From Adineta vaga (taxonomy: Eukaryota; Animalia; Rotifera), in the NCBI GenBank assembly GCA_021613535.1, contig CP075497.1, positions 10,850,001 to 10,914,000 on the forward strand: a stretch of DNA of 64,000 bases. The letters are read 5' to 3'. Under the pieces are notes generated by a model. The model was not told the DNA's origin and ran no database searches. It saw only the letters and a program-made list of their open reading frames with translations. A program made the position numbers and the translations under genes. This document shows positions 37,969 to 51,719 of the stretch, one piece after another. Each line of letters opens with the position of its first letter. The stretch's first letter is position 1.

Positions 37969-39006
37969 ATGTCAACAAATATGTTATATGCAGATATTGG
38001 TAAACAAATAACTATATATGGGGGAATTTCGATTATCATAACCGGTGTCTTAGGTGAATCTCTGAATATTATTGTATTTACAAGTCTGAAAACATTTCGA
38101 CAAAGCTCATGTGCTTTTTATTTAACAATTATGTCTTTAGTAAATATTGGTCAACTAGTTACTGGTGTGCTCTCCCGAGTCACAACCGCAATATATAATC
38201 AAGATGAAACTGATAGTTCATTGTTTTATTGTAAATTTCGAATATATTTTGTTTCAGTTTGTGGAATAATATCATTCACATGTTTTTGTTTGGCTGCAAT
38301 TGATCAATATTTTGCAACATCTTCTCGACGTCGTTTGCAACTTTTGTGTAATATTAAATTAGCTAGACGTCTGGTTATAATATTCAGTGTTATTTGGATT
38401 CTACATCCAATTCCATACATCATCTTTAATGATCGTGTTCGATCATCCATTACTGGGAAAGTTACATGTACATTGACAAACACAATTTATGTACAATATC
38501 GTACATATGTTAATGTTCTGCTGTTTCTGGGTATTTTACCCAGTTGTATTCTAATTTTATTCGGAATCATGGCTTATTATAATGTACGTTGTCTGAGTTA
38601 TTACGCCGTACCACTTGTTCGACGAGAATTAGATAAACAATTAACAATGATGGTTTTAGTACGAATTGTTATTTTTAGTTTTGTTATTTTTCCGTACATT
38701 ATTACGACTATTCTTCAAGCAAATATCAACCTCTTTAACGATCCTACTGTTAAAGCACAAATTCAATTAAACTGGACTATAACTCTTATTATATCTAATT
38801 TAAATTATTCAGTAAGTTGTTATTCAATGAAGTTTTAATTTAACTTTTTGCTTTCCATGTAATTTTACAGTCCATTTTACGTATATATTTTTGTATCGGA
38901 ACGATTTCGTCGTCAATTAATTCACATATTATTTAGAAATCTTTAGGATTATTGTAAACGACCAACAAGAATAATAATCAATAATCAAGTAATACCAATA
39001 TCGTGA
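37969..39006 (+). pseudogene. Rhodopsin-like (class A) GPCR, possibly recently disabled
   Basis: 7TM pattern with LNIIVFTSLKTFRQSSCAFYL, FYCKFRIYF, CLAAIDQYFATS, VRRELDKQLTMMVL. The last exon SPFYVYIFVSERFRRQL lacks an in-phase AG acceptor and has an in-frame TAG at 38944. Confidence 0.6.
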
Positions 39007-40258
39007 GCAGATTCTGAGTTTTTCGTCCATGTTATACTGTGAAAATATATAGAATTCGTTTGAAAATTTACATTTGTTGTCCTCTTGAACTCGTATCATA
39101 TTTTCTTTTGTTTTAATATCATTTTTGAAATCCATGAAGATACGCGCGAATAACAAGAAAGAAAAGAAAAAGTATGAAGAGAAACATAGTCTTATTTCTT
39201 GCATTTTGAGCAGACGCACAACGTGAGATTTTATATCGAAATCATTGTCTTCTATAATAGGTGCAAGAATTCTTCAGACACGAAAATTTATGTCAATTAA
39301 GATTGCATCTGAATAACATCCAACCATATCTCTTTATAGTTATCATCTCAAAGCCTGTACTATGAAAAACAGAATCCGTGATTCGACGCCAACTGAAATG
39401 GTAGCAGTAACATTATACCCTTGATGTAGATGCTGTTCAACACACTGATGTATTATCTGGTTGTGTGTATATCATACAAAATGGTCTGATTATTCAATCG
39501 ATGAACTTATCATTTGAAGTAAAAACCGCATAGCCTCATTCAAACATTACTTCTCATACGCCTTTAAAAACAAGTATCAAACCTTGAAAACATCTTACGG
39601 ATTTTCTTATTAATTATTTATTTCAATCAGATATCTTCATTTCTTTCTCAAATCAATCATACTAAAAGGTTTTAAAAAGTGAAGTGCTTTTCCTCCAGAT
39701 GTATATATTTATTTTTATTTTGAACAATACTATATTCGTAGAAAAAGAATGCACATTAATGAAAATGGAAATATTTTATTCTACAGAAGAAATGATTTAA
39801 TAAATTAACAAAAATCAAATTTAGTTTCTTTTTTCGAATCAGGTGTGTGAAAATTAGATTTGTATACGTTGATAATTAATGGTAAATACACATGCATTAC
39901 TTGCTATTACAAAAACATCAATAAAAATGTAATCAAATGAAATAATTTCGTTTTTGTTACCGATTTGACACTGATTTGAAAGGTGGATAGTGTATTCGGA
40001 TGTGGATAACTGATGATGTAACCACGTTTCACCAAACTTGTGTGACCTCAAGTACGCGAACAGTGTCCTTATCCGTTCTCAAATAACGTCTCCTTGCGCG
40101 AAAGGTAGGTACGTTGTCGTTCGATGAAAATATTTTCTTCTTTCTTGTGCCGCTTGATTGACAGCTTTCACAATATATCCAAATGCTATATAAACTATCT
40201 TATTGAATCTATCATACAAGTATTTCTTTGGGATTTTTAAACGAGAATAGTCGATATA

Positions 40259-43154
40259 ATGCTGTCAACGAAAAAACAACGAACGAAAGAACAAGAAGTC
40301 GCCTTGAATATGAGACAACCAAATAAATACAATACTGCCCAGATAAATCAAGTAAAAATATTAGAGTTAAAATAAGTTCTAATTAACAAGTTTTCTCTAT
40401 AGAAATATGAACCACCAGCATATAATAATCGTTTCCAATCTGATCCATCATCGAAAATACGACCATTAAGATCAAGAGCATCAGAAACGACAAATAACGG
40501 TGATTTTGTCAAACCAGAATTACCTGAATTTTTACAAAATATGGGTCCTGGTCTATCACCAATAAAAGAAAATCCACCAATTACCGTTTCATGGCTAAAT
40601 GTGCGAGCACAAGCACCTTCAAAACAAAATTTTATTGCACGAAAAATCAATGAATGTTTGGGTAAAGAAGTAACAGGACCTAAAGTTTTACTGAAAGGTG
40701 TTAGTGGTATCGTTAAATCAGGTGAAATGTGTGCAATCATGGGTGCTAGGTATGTTATCTTTTATTTTTGAAAATCTGTACATTTGTTTTTAAATTAGTG
40801 GTGCTGGTAAAACAACGCTATTGAATATAATAACACATCGTCGACCAGGTAAACTGCAAATCGATGCTGATGTTCGAATCAATGGTCGTCATATGCAAAA
40901 AGATATATCTGGAGTATCTGGATTCGTTCAACAAGAAGAATTATTTATTGGTTCATTAACTGTTCGAGAACATCTTCGATTTCATGTATGTTTAATACAA
41001 AGAATAGAAATCATTATATTTTTTTTCTTTCATATAGTCAATGCTTCGTCTGGGAAAAGAATTTACCAAAGATGAACGAGAAAATCGTGTCAATGAAGTT
41101 TTACAATTTGTATGTGATTATTTTATGTTTTTTTTTTCGAACAAATTCTATTTGTAAACTTTAGCTTAATTTAACTAAAACTGAAAATACAACTATTGGT
41201 ATCACTGGTATTGTGAAAGGTCTATCTGGTGGTGAAAAACGTCGTCTAACATTTGCCACTGAAGTAAATAAAAAGTTTGATATTTTATTCAGAATTTGTA
41301 AATTTGATTCTTTATAGATTCTCAGTGATCCTCCCTTACTTTTCTGTGATGAACCAACTTCAGGTTTGGATTCATCTATGGCATTTATTCTTGTACAAGC
41401 AATGAGAAAATTAGCTGATCAAGGCAAAACAATTATTTGTACTATTCATCAACCATCCTCAGAAATATTCTTTCTTTTCGACAGGTAAAAACACGTTATT
41501 CTATTTTCACCTTTCATAACAATATGTCTTTGTTTTTTAGATTATATTTATTAGCTGAAGGTCGAATCGGATATTTTGGTTCTTTGGAAAAAGCACCGCA
41601 TTCTTTCGACAGTAAGATTTAATATAATAGAACAAAACAATGGTCTAATATTTCTCTTTTACAATAGGTTTAATTTGGAAATTCCACGAAATTATAATCC
41701 AGCGGATTTTTATATTCAAAAACTTGCCATTTATCCAAAAACACGTGAAGAAAATCTTGCACAAATTGAAGTAAACAATTCATTGATCATGTTTCTTTAA
41801 GGAAAATTTTTCTTCATTTTAATTTCAGCGAATTTGTAATGCTTATGAAAAGTCTCCACAACATTCTCGTTATATGTCCGAAATCATTTCGCTTCATTCT
41901 TCACATTCAGATGAAGTTCAAACTGATTTTTTCTCAAATTTATGTCGACGATGGTTTTCAAAAAATGAAAATGTCGATTCAGATGATATTGATGTTCAAC
42001 AGACGAATAAATCACGATATAAGACGGGTGGTTTTGTTCAACTTCGTTGGTTAATCTGGCGAGATTTTATCAATATGTTTAAAAATCCATTTGAAATTCG
42101 ACTTCGTCTTTTTCTTGCTGTTGTATGTTATACAAGAAATTTTCTTTATTTAATTTTCTTTCAATCTGATTATTTTCTAGTTTCTCGGTGTTCTTGTTGG
42201 TCTTCTCTATATTCGTCTTGATTATGATCAAACAGCTGTACAAAATATGAATTCCTTACTTTTCTTAATTATCATCAATACCTCATTTTCTAATATATTT
42301 GCTGTTGTACAAGTAAATAGTTTATAGATAATCTGAATAATTAAGCAAAGTATATATTTAATTGTAGAGTTATACAAAAGAATATCCAATTTTTTATAAA
42401 GAATATGACGATGCTGTTTATCGAGTAACACCTTATTATTTTGCGAAATTTTTCACTGAGGTAAGTTGAAATAGGAAAGATTAGTAATATGAAATTATTC
42501 TTTGTTTGGAATAGCTTCCTTTATTTGCAACAACGACAATTATTCAATTGGCAATTACATATTGGATGACAAATTTGTATTCATCAGCAAAACGATTTTT
42601 TATCTTTGCTGGAATTATAATTTTGACAAGTTTTGCCTCGGTTGGTCTTGGTTCAGTTTTATCGGTTATTGCAAACACACCTGATCAAGCTCAAGCATTA
42701 CAAATACCAATTCTTCTTCCACTAATGGTTTTTGGTGGTTTCTTTTTAAATAATCAGTATGATTTAGCAGATGTTTTAGTAAGAAAAGAAAAACTATTTT
42801 ACCTTTTTATAATTTAGATCAGGTCAAGAATGGTTGAAATGGATTAAGTATATTAGTTGGTTTTATTATGCAAATGAAGCCTTAATTATCAATCAATGGT
42901 CAGATGTAGATAATCTACCATGTGACAATCTTGAAGCAGGACTTCCATGTTATCGTAATGGAGATGAAATTTTGAAATTAGTTGGTTTTGATAGAGTAAA
43001 ATATGAATGAAAAATTTCAGTTCAAATCTCATTTTGATTCTCTTTTGTTTAGTCGCATTTGGGTCGAGATATTGGTTTAATCGTTGTTCTATGGATTGCA
43101 CTACGAGCTTTGAGTTACTTTATCTTGTTAATTAAATCTCGCAAACACAAATAA
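40259..43154 (+). CDS. ABCG half transporter, white/scarlet-like, multi-exon
   Basis: Walker [12 protein letters not shown], signature [12 protein letters not shown], Walker [33 protein letters not shown], then TM domain [31 protein letters not shown]. Confidence 0.93.
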
Positions 43155-43259
43155 TAATAATCATTTTATTTTTGTGTTGAAAGCTTTTTTGAAATAGCGC
43201 TTTCGTTATATATAAATATTAGTTCATTTTTCTTTTATTCGATGTGACATGCTTGATGT

Positions 43260-44275
43260 ATGTCTAATCGAGGATCGAAATATTCGAATAAAAAGCAAAT
43301 TTTAAAATCCAAGAAAACAGATCATTCATCAAATTTATTCGTTCGAAATTCGAAAAGTTTAATTAGTACGACGAAAACTACTGAGACTCATGAAACGTGT
43401 CCTTTACTAAAAAATCAACGACAAAATGATGAAAATAGTACAATAACACGGTAACCACAAAAAAATGTTTACCTTTCTATTTCTCATGAATACAATTAAT
43501 CAAAAGAGAAACACAAATCGATAAATCCATCGAATTGGAACAGACTATTGATCGGGAATTTCAAGCACTCGATATTGATGCAGATGGTTATGTTTCTATC
43601 ACTGATATGCAATCAGTATTGAAGTAAGAAATAGAGACATCTTTCTATCAACTTATGTTAGATATCATTTGTTCTATGACATTTTTTCTGATCTTATTAT
43701 TCTTCAGAATATTCAAATTTTATAGAAATTATGCCTGGAGTTACGTTTACTCGAGTCAAACATGTGACAGTTATTTTCTATGTAGTTGCGCATAATGTAC
43801 AGGTACTTTTAATTTCTTGTCCTTGAGTCAACGGAGTACTCATGCGTATCCGACGACAGGTTTTAATTCAAAATAGAAATTTCATATTTTGTTTTTCAGA
43901 AATTTTTCTCATATATATAATTCAAATGAAATAATGTTACGTATCTTTGATGAACTTGATCGAAATCATGATAAACGAATATCACGACAAGAATTTCAAG
44001 TCTATAAGAACGTTCTATTAGATTATCAAAAACGTTTTCATCGATCAACATTCGAAGAAAAATTAGATTCACTATTTATTCTATTCGATCGAAATCAAGA
44101 TAACTATATTTCACGACATGAAATTCGTGAAACTATGCATAATCTTGGTGAATATATTGACGATGATCTTATTGAAGAAATGATGCAAACAGCTGATACA
44201 AATCATGATGATCGAATAAGTCGAGATGAATTTAAACGACTTCTTTTACAATTACATTCAAAAAAAACAGATTGA
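43260..44275 (+). CDS. EF-hand calcium-binding (calmodulin-like) protein with basic N-terminal extension
   Basis: Four EF loops: DIDADGYVSITD, DRNHDKRISRQE, DRNQDNYISRHE, DTNHDDRISRDE. Confidence 0.85.
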
Positions 44276-44327
44276 TTTTTTCATATTTTATTCATTAGAC
44301 ATCAACTATGGGTTTTATTTTACAATA

Positions 44328-46165
44328 TCAAAACACTTTTCGTTCGTTAATTGTTGTTCGTTTTCGAAGAATATCATCAATAGTTTCATCTTTTTGATAG
44401 AATTCTTTTCGTAATTCATTTAATTGTGCTTCAATCATATCTTTATTGTTACTGGTATTCAATGGTTTATATTCTTTAGTTGTTGTTAACGATGAAGTTG
44501 GCATAAATGATGAAAGATTATTTGCATTTGTTACATCCATATCCATACCACGTAAACGTTGTTCTTGAAGTTCACGTTCTTTTTTATTGAGTTCTTCTTG
44601 AGCGATTTGTACCTAAGAGAAAAATAAAATGAAAGAATGATTGACTTTTTTTGAAATATTACTTTAACACGATTGAATAATTCTTCAAGTAATCTCATTG
44701 ACTCTAATTTTCGATGAGCAATTAACATTTTTCGTTCTTCTAAAGCAATTTTCATTGCTAAAGTTTTTTCTTCATGTAAACGTTTACGTTCTAAACGTTT
44801 TAATCGTCGTTTTTCTTCTCTAAAAATATCATCAATGGTATTCAATTGATTAAATAATTTAGTCTATCTCTACCGTTGTCGACGACGAGCATCTTTTGGT
44901 ATATCTTTGCTGCCTACTTCATCTTCAGCTTCAGCATCTTGTAATTCAATTCTTAAACTAAAATCCAAGAAAGATTATTTGTATTCATAATTATGATGTT
45001 CATTTACCGTTCAATTTCTTTTCGACGTTCATCTTCATCACGAAGTCGTTGAACATCAGCTTGTTTTAATTTATTTATTTCAGTTGCTTTCATTTGTTCA
45101 ATGCGACGTTTTTTAATCATTCGATCTGATAAATGTCTGGTACGATCAAAATCTACCTATAAATTAAAATACGTAATAACACATCGACTATATTTCAATA
45201 CATACTTTAATATTTGCAGTATAAGCTGCATTGATTTCATCAATTAACATTAATTTCATATTACGGCAAGCATCCATTGCTTTGACAAAACCAATATATT
45301 CACTATATTGAATATATGCATCGAATGTTGTATCCTGTTGGATAGGAAGATTGCCACCCATTGTACGATATGGATCAAGACAAGGAAGATCACAACAACG
45401 AATTTCACCGAAAGCTGAAAAGACTTGTTGTACGATATCAACAGATGGTTTATTTTCTTTATCGTCAATATTTGAAGCTGAAGATGATACAGGTAAACCA
45501 GTAGGACCAATAGCTGCTGCAGCAGCATGAGCAGCTTGTAAGGGATTTTGTTTTGCCTAGAAGAAACCCAAGAGTATTCATAGAAGATATAATAAAGTAG
45601 AAAATTAGCTAAGGGAGATAATTACCTGAAACCATCGTATTGGTAAACCTTCAATATGAATTGTATCTGCACGTTCACCTGGTTTGGTTTCATTCATACC
45701 TTTACTTTCACGAAAAAATGTTTCCCATTCCGTTCTTGTTGGATATGATAATTTAGCTTCGGCTGCACGTAAACGAAATTCACTGCCTGATGTTTCTAAT
45801 CGAATAAGTGCATTATCCAAACGTGTTAAACAACTACGTGCAATCGCTTTTGATTCTAATTCACCTTCAAAACGAAATAATTCTCCAGCACTCTTCAATA
45901 AACGTAAAAAAACGAATTCATCCGGTAAAATTAATTCTCGAATTTTATCCATAATTTCCCATGATGGTATTGTTGCACCGGCGACACGCATTGCTGGTGG
46001 TATAGGTACACTGATATTAATACGTGCAATTGGCTTTAAATACATTCGCTAAACAACGAAGATAAAATAGAAACTAAGATTTGTATGTAAAAAGTATCTA
46101 CTTACTAGTGCTTCACATAGATCGACTCGTTCGCTCAGATCTTTACACTGTGAAATATTTGACAT
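44328..46165 (-). CDS. AKAP17A: A-kinase anchor protein 17A (SFRS17A/XE7) homolog
   Basis: MYLKPIARINISV..IPSWEIMDKIR..FRFEGELE..LRAAEAK..PTRTEWETFFRESKGMNETKPGERADTIHIEGLPIRWF; later FDAYIQYSEYIGFVKAMDA and VDFDRTRHLSD. Confidence 0.92.
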
Positions 46166-46208
46166 GATGATTTTTCTTTATCTGAAAAAAGAAACAATGT
46201 TAGTTAGA

Positions 46209-47566
46209 TTATTTACTAGTTTTTATTGAACGTGTAAAAAATTCAAAAGATTTTCCCGTCACAATTGATGGAATTTGTTCTGATGAAAAATCAATAGATT
46301 CTCTAAAACCATTTTGTAGACCAAACAATAATTGTTCAGCAACACGTCGTAAAATAGGATTTCTAGATTTCGTCGCTTCCTCAAGTTGTATCCATTTACA
46401 GTCAAGAATTTCATTTGGATCCATCTCTATCGTATCTGTTAATGCAGATAAACGACAAATAAAATATATATCAGACCGACCATGTCCACCTAATATAATG
46501 CAATTATAATCACAGATTATTTTCTGTATAAAAAAAGCAATACACATACCTGGATGATTATGTGACTGTCGAAATCCAATAATTGATTCAAATTCTAATC
46601 AATCAAAAATGTTTTGTTCTGTATTCAATAAAAAAAAACGTTTATGAAGATATACTTGACTGTATTCCAGTTTCTTCAAATACTTCTCGTATCGCACCAT
46701 CGGCTATACAACACAGACAATTTCAATAATCTTCTTCTTCTTCTTCTTCAAAGAAAATACTTTCTTACTTACCAATATCTTCCGAAAGTTCAGTAGCTCC
46801 TATAATGATACATTCACAATATAAATAATACAACGATTAAGAATCGAAATACATACCTCCAGGTAGCTAAAAGTAAATAATCAAAGTTTCTATTCGATAA
46901 TAAAAATATATTTGTATTACCTTCCAAAATTCAATATTTCTCACTCGTTCTTTTATGATTAATAGTTCATTTGTTTTCTCACGAAGAACAGCACCACCAA
47001 CTCCGACTAGATAACAATCGAAATTATTATTTACAGAATAAATTTCATTCGATATATACTTTGATGCCTAGAATACTTCTAAAATAAATCAAGAAAACTT
47101 ATTCATATCTACATACGTGGCAAATCGTGGTATCATTGATTTTGTTGGTAATAACCATTGATTTAATACAGCCATTCTTTCTTCTGCATTATGATAAGTA
47201 AAACCTTGTTTATTTTTAATAATTAAATAAAACTTCATAAGTATACATGTTTATTCTTCTACCTAATTCCGCAGCAATTGGTATCACATGTGCTTTTTCA
47301 ATTGGAATCCAAAGCCAAACCGATGTTCGTTTATCTTTTCGCCATTGTTCAAGTGAAACTATGAAATTATATTGGAAATTTTCTACATTCTACAAGATAT
47401 AACTACTTGAAAGTGTTTCTTTAATCGTTTTTATATCATTGGGCCAATCTGAAACACGAACTTTTGCAGCATTAAATCGATCGATTTCATATGGTAGAAT
47501 ACATGTTTGTGAAAATAATCGTCGTGAAATAATATTCAACGAAGGTCTAAGCGTAAAAAGGAACAT
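46209..47566 (-). CDS. NUDT6: Nudix hydrolase NUDT6 homolog with micro-exons
   Basis: SLEQWRKDKRTSVWLWIPI..GFTYHNAE..WL..IPRFATHQIGVGGAV; Nudix box [39 protein letters not shown]. The N-terminus looks like a mitochondrial presequence. Confidence 0.92.
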
Positions 47567-48009
47567 TCAAAAATGAATCAATGAATTGCACACTATACGA
47601 TTATTTCCAATAAAATGAATTGGCTAATTTCGAAACGAATGATAACTATTTCTACAGATGTCGCTTTCGAAAATTCCTATAAATCATTTCTGTCTCAATA
47701 GAATTAATTGTAATATGATATATTTATTTTTCGAAATATTTCTCGAAATTAATTCATTTCACTTATAAATTAATCAATAACTAAAGATATATGTTTATTT
47801 ATTCATTCATTCATTATTCTAAAACAATTCACTCACTCTTCGTTTAATTATTGACAGACGGTTCTTTTCTTTTCTCTCTCTCTCTCTCTCTTCGTACTGT
47901 CATTATTAATCAAAACTTTTTTTCTGTAGAAAACACTTTTGTTTTTACCTCTATATGTTTTTGACTTACTCGTTGTTCTTCTTTTATACATTTAGATCTT
48001 GTTAGTAGA

Positions 48010-50284
48010 ATGACAACTACACCCGCGTCTATTGGACCTCATAGTCGTAAAAAGGTTTCTTATTACTACGATTATGATGTAGGAAATTATTATTATGGGT
48101 AAATAGATTTTGTTAAATTTATACTTTTTATTGAAAAATTCTTTAATATAATTAGACAAGGACATCCAATGAAACCACATCGTATACGTATGGCACATAA
48201 TTTAATACTTAATTATGGTCTCTATCGAAAAATGGAAGTTTATGTACGTTGAAAACCTACAAAAAAGCTTTCCTTATGATGTTTTTCTGTCGTTCTAGCG
48301 TCCACATAAAGCAATAGCAGATGAAATGACTCGCTTTCATAGTGATGAATATGTGAAATTTATACAAAATGTTCGACCGGATAATATTGCAGATTTCAAT
48401 AAACAAATGCAACGCTGTATGTAAAATATATACTTTTGATTTATATTCCATCACAATGAGTAAGGAATACGTACACATCTATCGTATCTTATTTTTTGTA
48501 GTTAATGTTGGAGAAGATTGTCCAGTATTTGAAGGTGTATATGATTTCTGTCAAATATCAGCTGGTGGTTCATTAGCTGGTGCAGTTAAACTCAATCGAA
48601 AATTAACTGACATTGCAATTAATTGGGCAGGTGGTTTACATCATGCAAAAAAATCTGAAGCATCCGGTTTTTGTTATATTAATGATATTGTCTTAGCAAT
48701 ACTTGAATTATTGAAGTATATCTATCGCACAGAAAACAAACGAATGTACTATTTTTTATGTATTTTAAGATATCATCAACGAGTACTTTATGTTGATATT
48801 GATGTTCATCATGGTGATGGAGTTGAAGAAGCATTCTATACAACGGATCGAGTAATGACAGTATCATTTCATAAATTTGGAGAATACTTTCCAGGTACTG
48901 GTGATCTTCGAGTAAGTCTATTCGAATGGAATTCAAATGAAAAAGGAAATGAATATTTGCTGTTTTTTAAGGATATTGGAGCTGGACGTGGCAAATATTA
49001 TGCTGTTAATTTCCCATTACGTGATGGAATAGATGATGATACATATGAGACAATTTTCAAACCGGTTATGAGTAAAGTTATGGAAACATATCAACCTAAT
49101 GCTGTTGTTTTACAATGTGGTGCTGATTCATTGACGGGAGATCGACTTGGTTGCTTTAATTTAACTTTAAAAGGTTGATTTAGTTTTCGATTTATTAGAT
49201 TGAATATATTCAATTATTAAAATTTCTAGGACATGGAAAATGTGTTGAATTTATGAAAAGTTTTAATTTACCTTTGTTATTACTTGGTGGTGGAGGTTAT
49301 ACAATTCGAAATGTAGCACGTGCTTGGACAAATGAAACAGCAATAGCATTGAATCAAGAAATTCCAAATGGTAACTTCTTTTGTTTTTCATATAATTTAT
49401 AGCAAATTCTATATTATAGAATTACCCTATAATGATTATTTTGAATATTATGGACCCGATTTTAAATTGAATATCACTCCATCAAATATGCCGAATCAAA
49501 ATAGTCTGGATTATTTAGATAAAATCAAGTAAATATATATGAAAATAAACATAGGAATATTCATATATATATATATATACATAGAGTTAAACTTTTTGAC
49601 AATCTTCGAATGTTACCTCATGTACCTGGTGTTCAAATGCAATGTAAGAAGCTTACAAAATCATAATCTATGTTATTTTTCAATTGTTTTCATGATCTAT
49701 TTAGCTATTCCCGATGATATAATGGATGTTGATCGAGTTATTGATGAAGATAAAGATAGTGATCCGAATAAAGTAAATTAAATAGAAAGATTATCAATCG
49801 ATTCAATTCATTAATTGATTTAGCGTATTTCACAAGTACAAACAGATCGTCGTATAGTTGATGAACGTGAATTATCTGATTCTGAAGATGAAGAAGGTGA
49901 CAAACGACGCAATCATTCAAATGCAAAACAAGTTTTTAATAAACGTAAAGCCAGTTCTGATTCAATCAATGGTATTTATCATGTACTTTGATTCATTCTA
50001 AATAAATTTCATTTGTTTTGAAAGGCGTTACAGTTAATGGTAACGATGGAATTCAACACAATATCAATACAACTGTTACAAAAGTAATGAAACAGGCCGA
50101 ATTAACTATTGTCAACCCATCGATTAGTGATAATCATTCATCGAATGCAGAATCAACAGGAGTATCGGTTACAACTATAATAAAAGAAGAAGTAATTCAA
50201 ACTACAACAGCCATTTCAGAAGGAAATATTCCCATGGACGCTGATATTTCATCGGTTATAACCGAGACGAAAAACTCTGAGTAA
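48010..50284 (+). CDS. HDAC1: Class I histone deacetylase HDAC1/2 (Rpd3)
   Basis: [90 protein letters not shown]-terminal SDSEDEE. Confidence 0.96.
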
Positions 50285-51011
50285 AATACAATATTCATAT
50301 ACGAAATTCCATACCTCGATTTACTTGTTGTATCGATGTTTGCCTTGCATTTTTGTTTTGATTCCTTGTTTAGTTGCCAAGAAACAAACAAAAAAAAACA
50401 ATTCGAGATTTTTTTTAAATATTCTTAATCTATATAGGTATGTATGAGTGCGTGTATAAATATATTCTGCATTGTAGTTTCAAAGAAATTTAACTCTCTC
50501 TTTCTTCAGTTCCTTTTTTTGTCAGTATTCAAAGAAAACAAAATAAATATCTATATGTCCGTGTTTTGTTTCTTAATCAAACATAATTATTCTACACAAT
50601 TTTTCACATGAATCAATATATGTTCATTATAAAACACAGATATGTAATCGTATTGAATAGAAATCGAAGAGAGACATTATATTACATTTGTTCGGTTACG
50701 GTATGAATCACAAAACTTTCTCTTTCCATATACATACGTTCTACATAAAATTTTTCATTATTCACATCTCTTGAATGATTTGTATAGGTCTGGTATTTGG
50801 TTACGCATATAGCGCTGTTGATTCTTCCTTGTGTCGAAGTGCTTCCTTGTCATTGGTCGCATGTACTCTATTTTCTGAATGGTCAAATTAGACATTGTTT
50901 ATACAAATAGCCTGTTCTTTCTTTCTTTTAAAACAGGATACAGAAATAGAAAAAAAAATCTTTCCATTCGATTCAAACTTATAATATTTTTGAAGATTGC
51001 TCAATAATATC

Positions 51012-51719
51012 ATGCCATCGTCGAAAAATCAAGATTATGTTGTTGAAAAAATTGTCTCGAAACGAACGAATGGCAAAGGACAAGTTTTTTATTTGATCAA
51101 ATGGAAAGGTACTTGAGACTTGTTGAAAGAGAAATTGAATTTCAAAGATTATATTCTTTCAGGTTATTCATCAGCAGATAACACATGGGAACCAGAAAGT
51201 AATGTTAATAATTGTCCCGATTTGGTTAAAGAATTTGAAGCTGAACAAGCTAATACATCTGAAAATCGTACAAGTGCAAGATCAACTCGTTCAAGTTTGC
51301 CAGTATCAACAAAATTAAACAATGAAGATACAGATTCTAGTGAAGATATTTCAAAACGTTCATCGCGTAAACGTTTACCCAGTGTTAATAGCGATACTAG
51401 TGAAAATGAAGATGAAAATGATCATGATTTTGTAACACGAGCAATCATTAAATCACGAGCATCGTCGAAACGATTACGTAATAGTCCACCCAAATCAAAA
51501 AACACCAAAGTTTCGATCTATAAAACTGATAATGATATGCTTGATTTAGTTAAAATTGATGAAATTCTTGATGTACGTCGAAATAAGAAAAATAATACTA
51601 TTGAATATCATATTCAAGTGAAACAGAAGGACAAGAAATCAATTTGGGTCGATTCCAATCGAATAAAGAATGATTATGCTCAAGAAGTAATTGATTTTCT
51701 TGAAGAGAAATACGTTTAG
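51012..51719 (+). CDS. HP1/CBX-like protein: chromodomain, hinge, divergent chromo-shadow-like domain; one intron
   Basis: [43 protein letters not shown]; C-terminal IDEILDV..IEYHIQVK..IWVDSNRIKNDYAQEVIDFLEEKYV. Confidence 0.85.
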
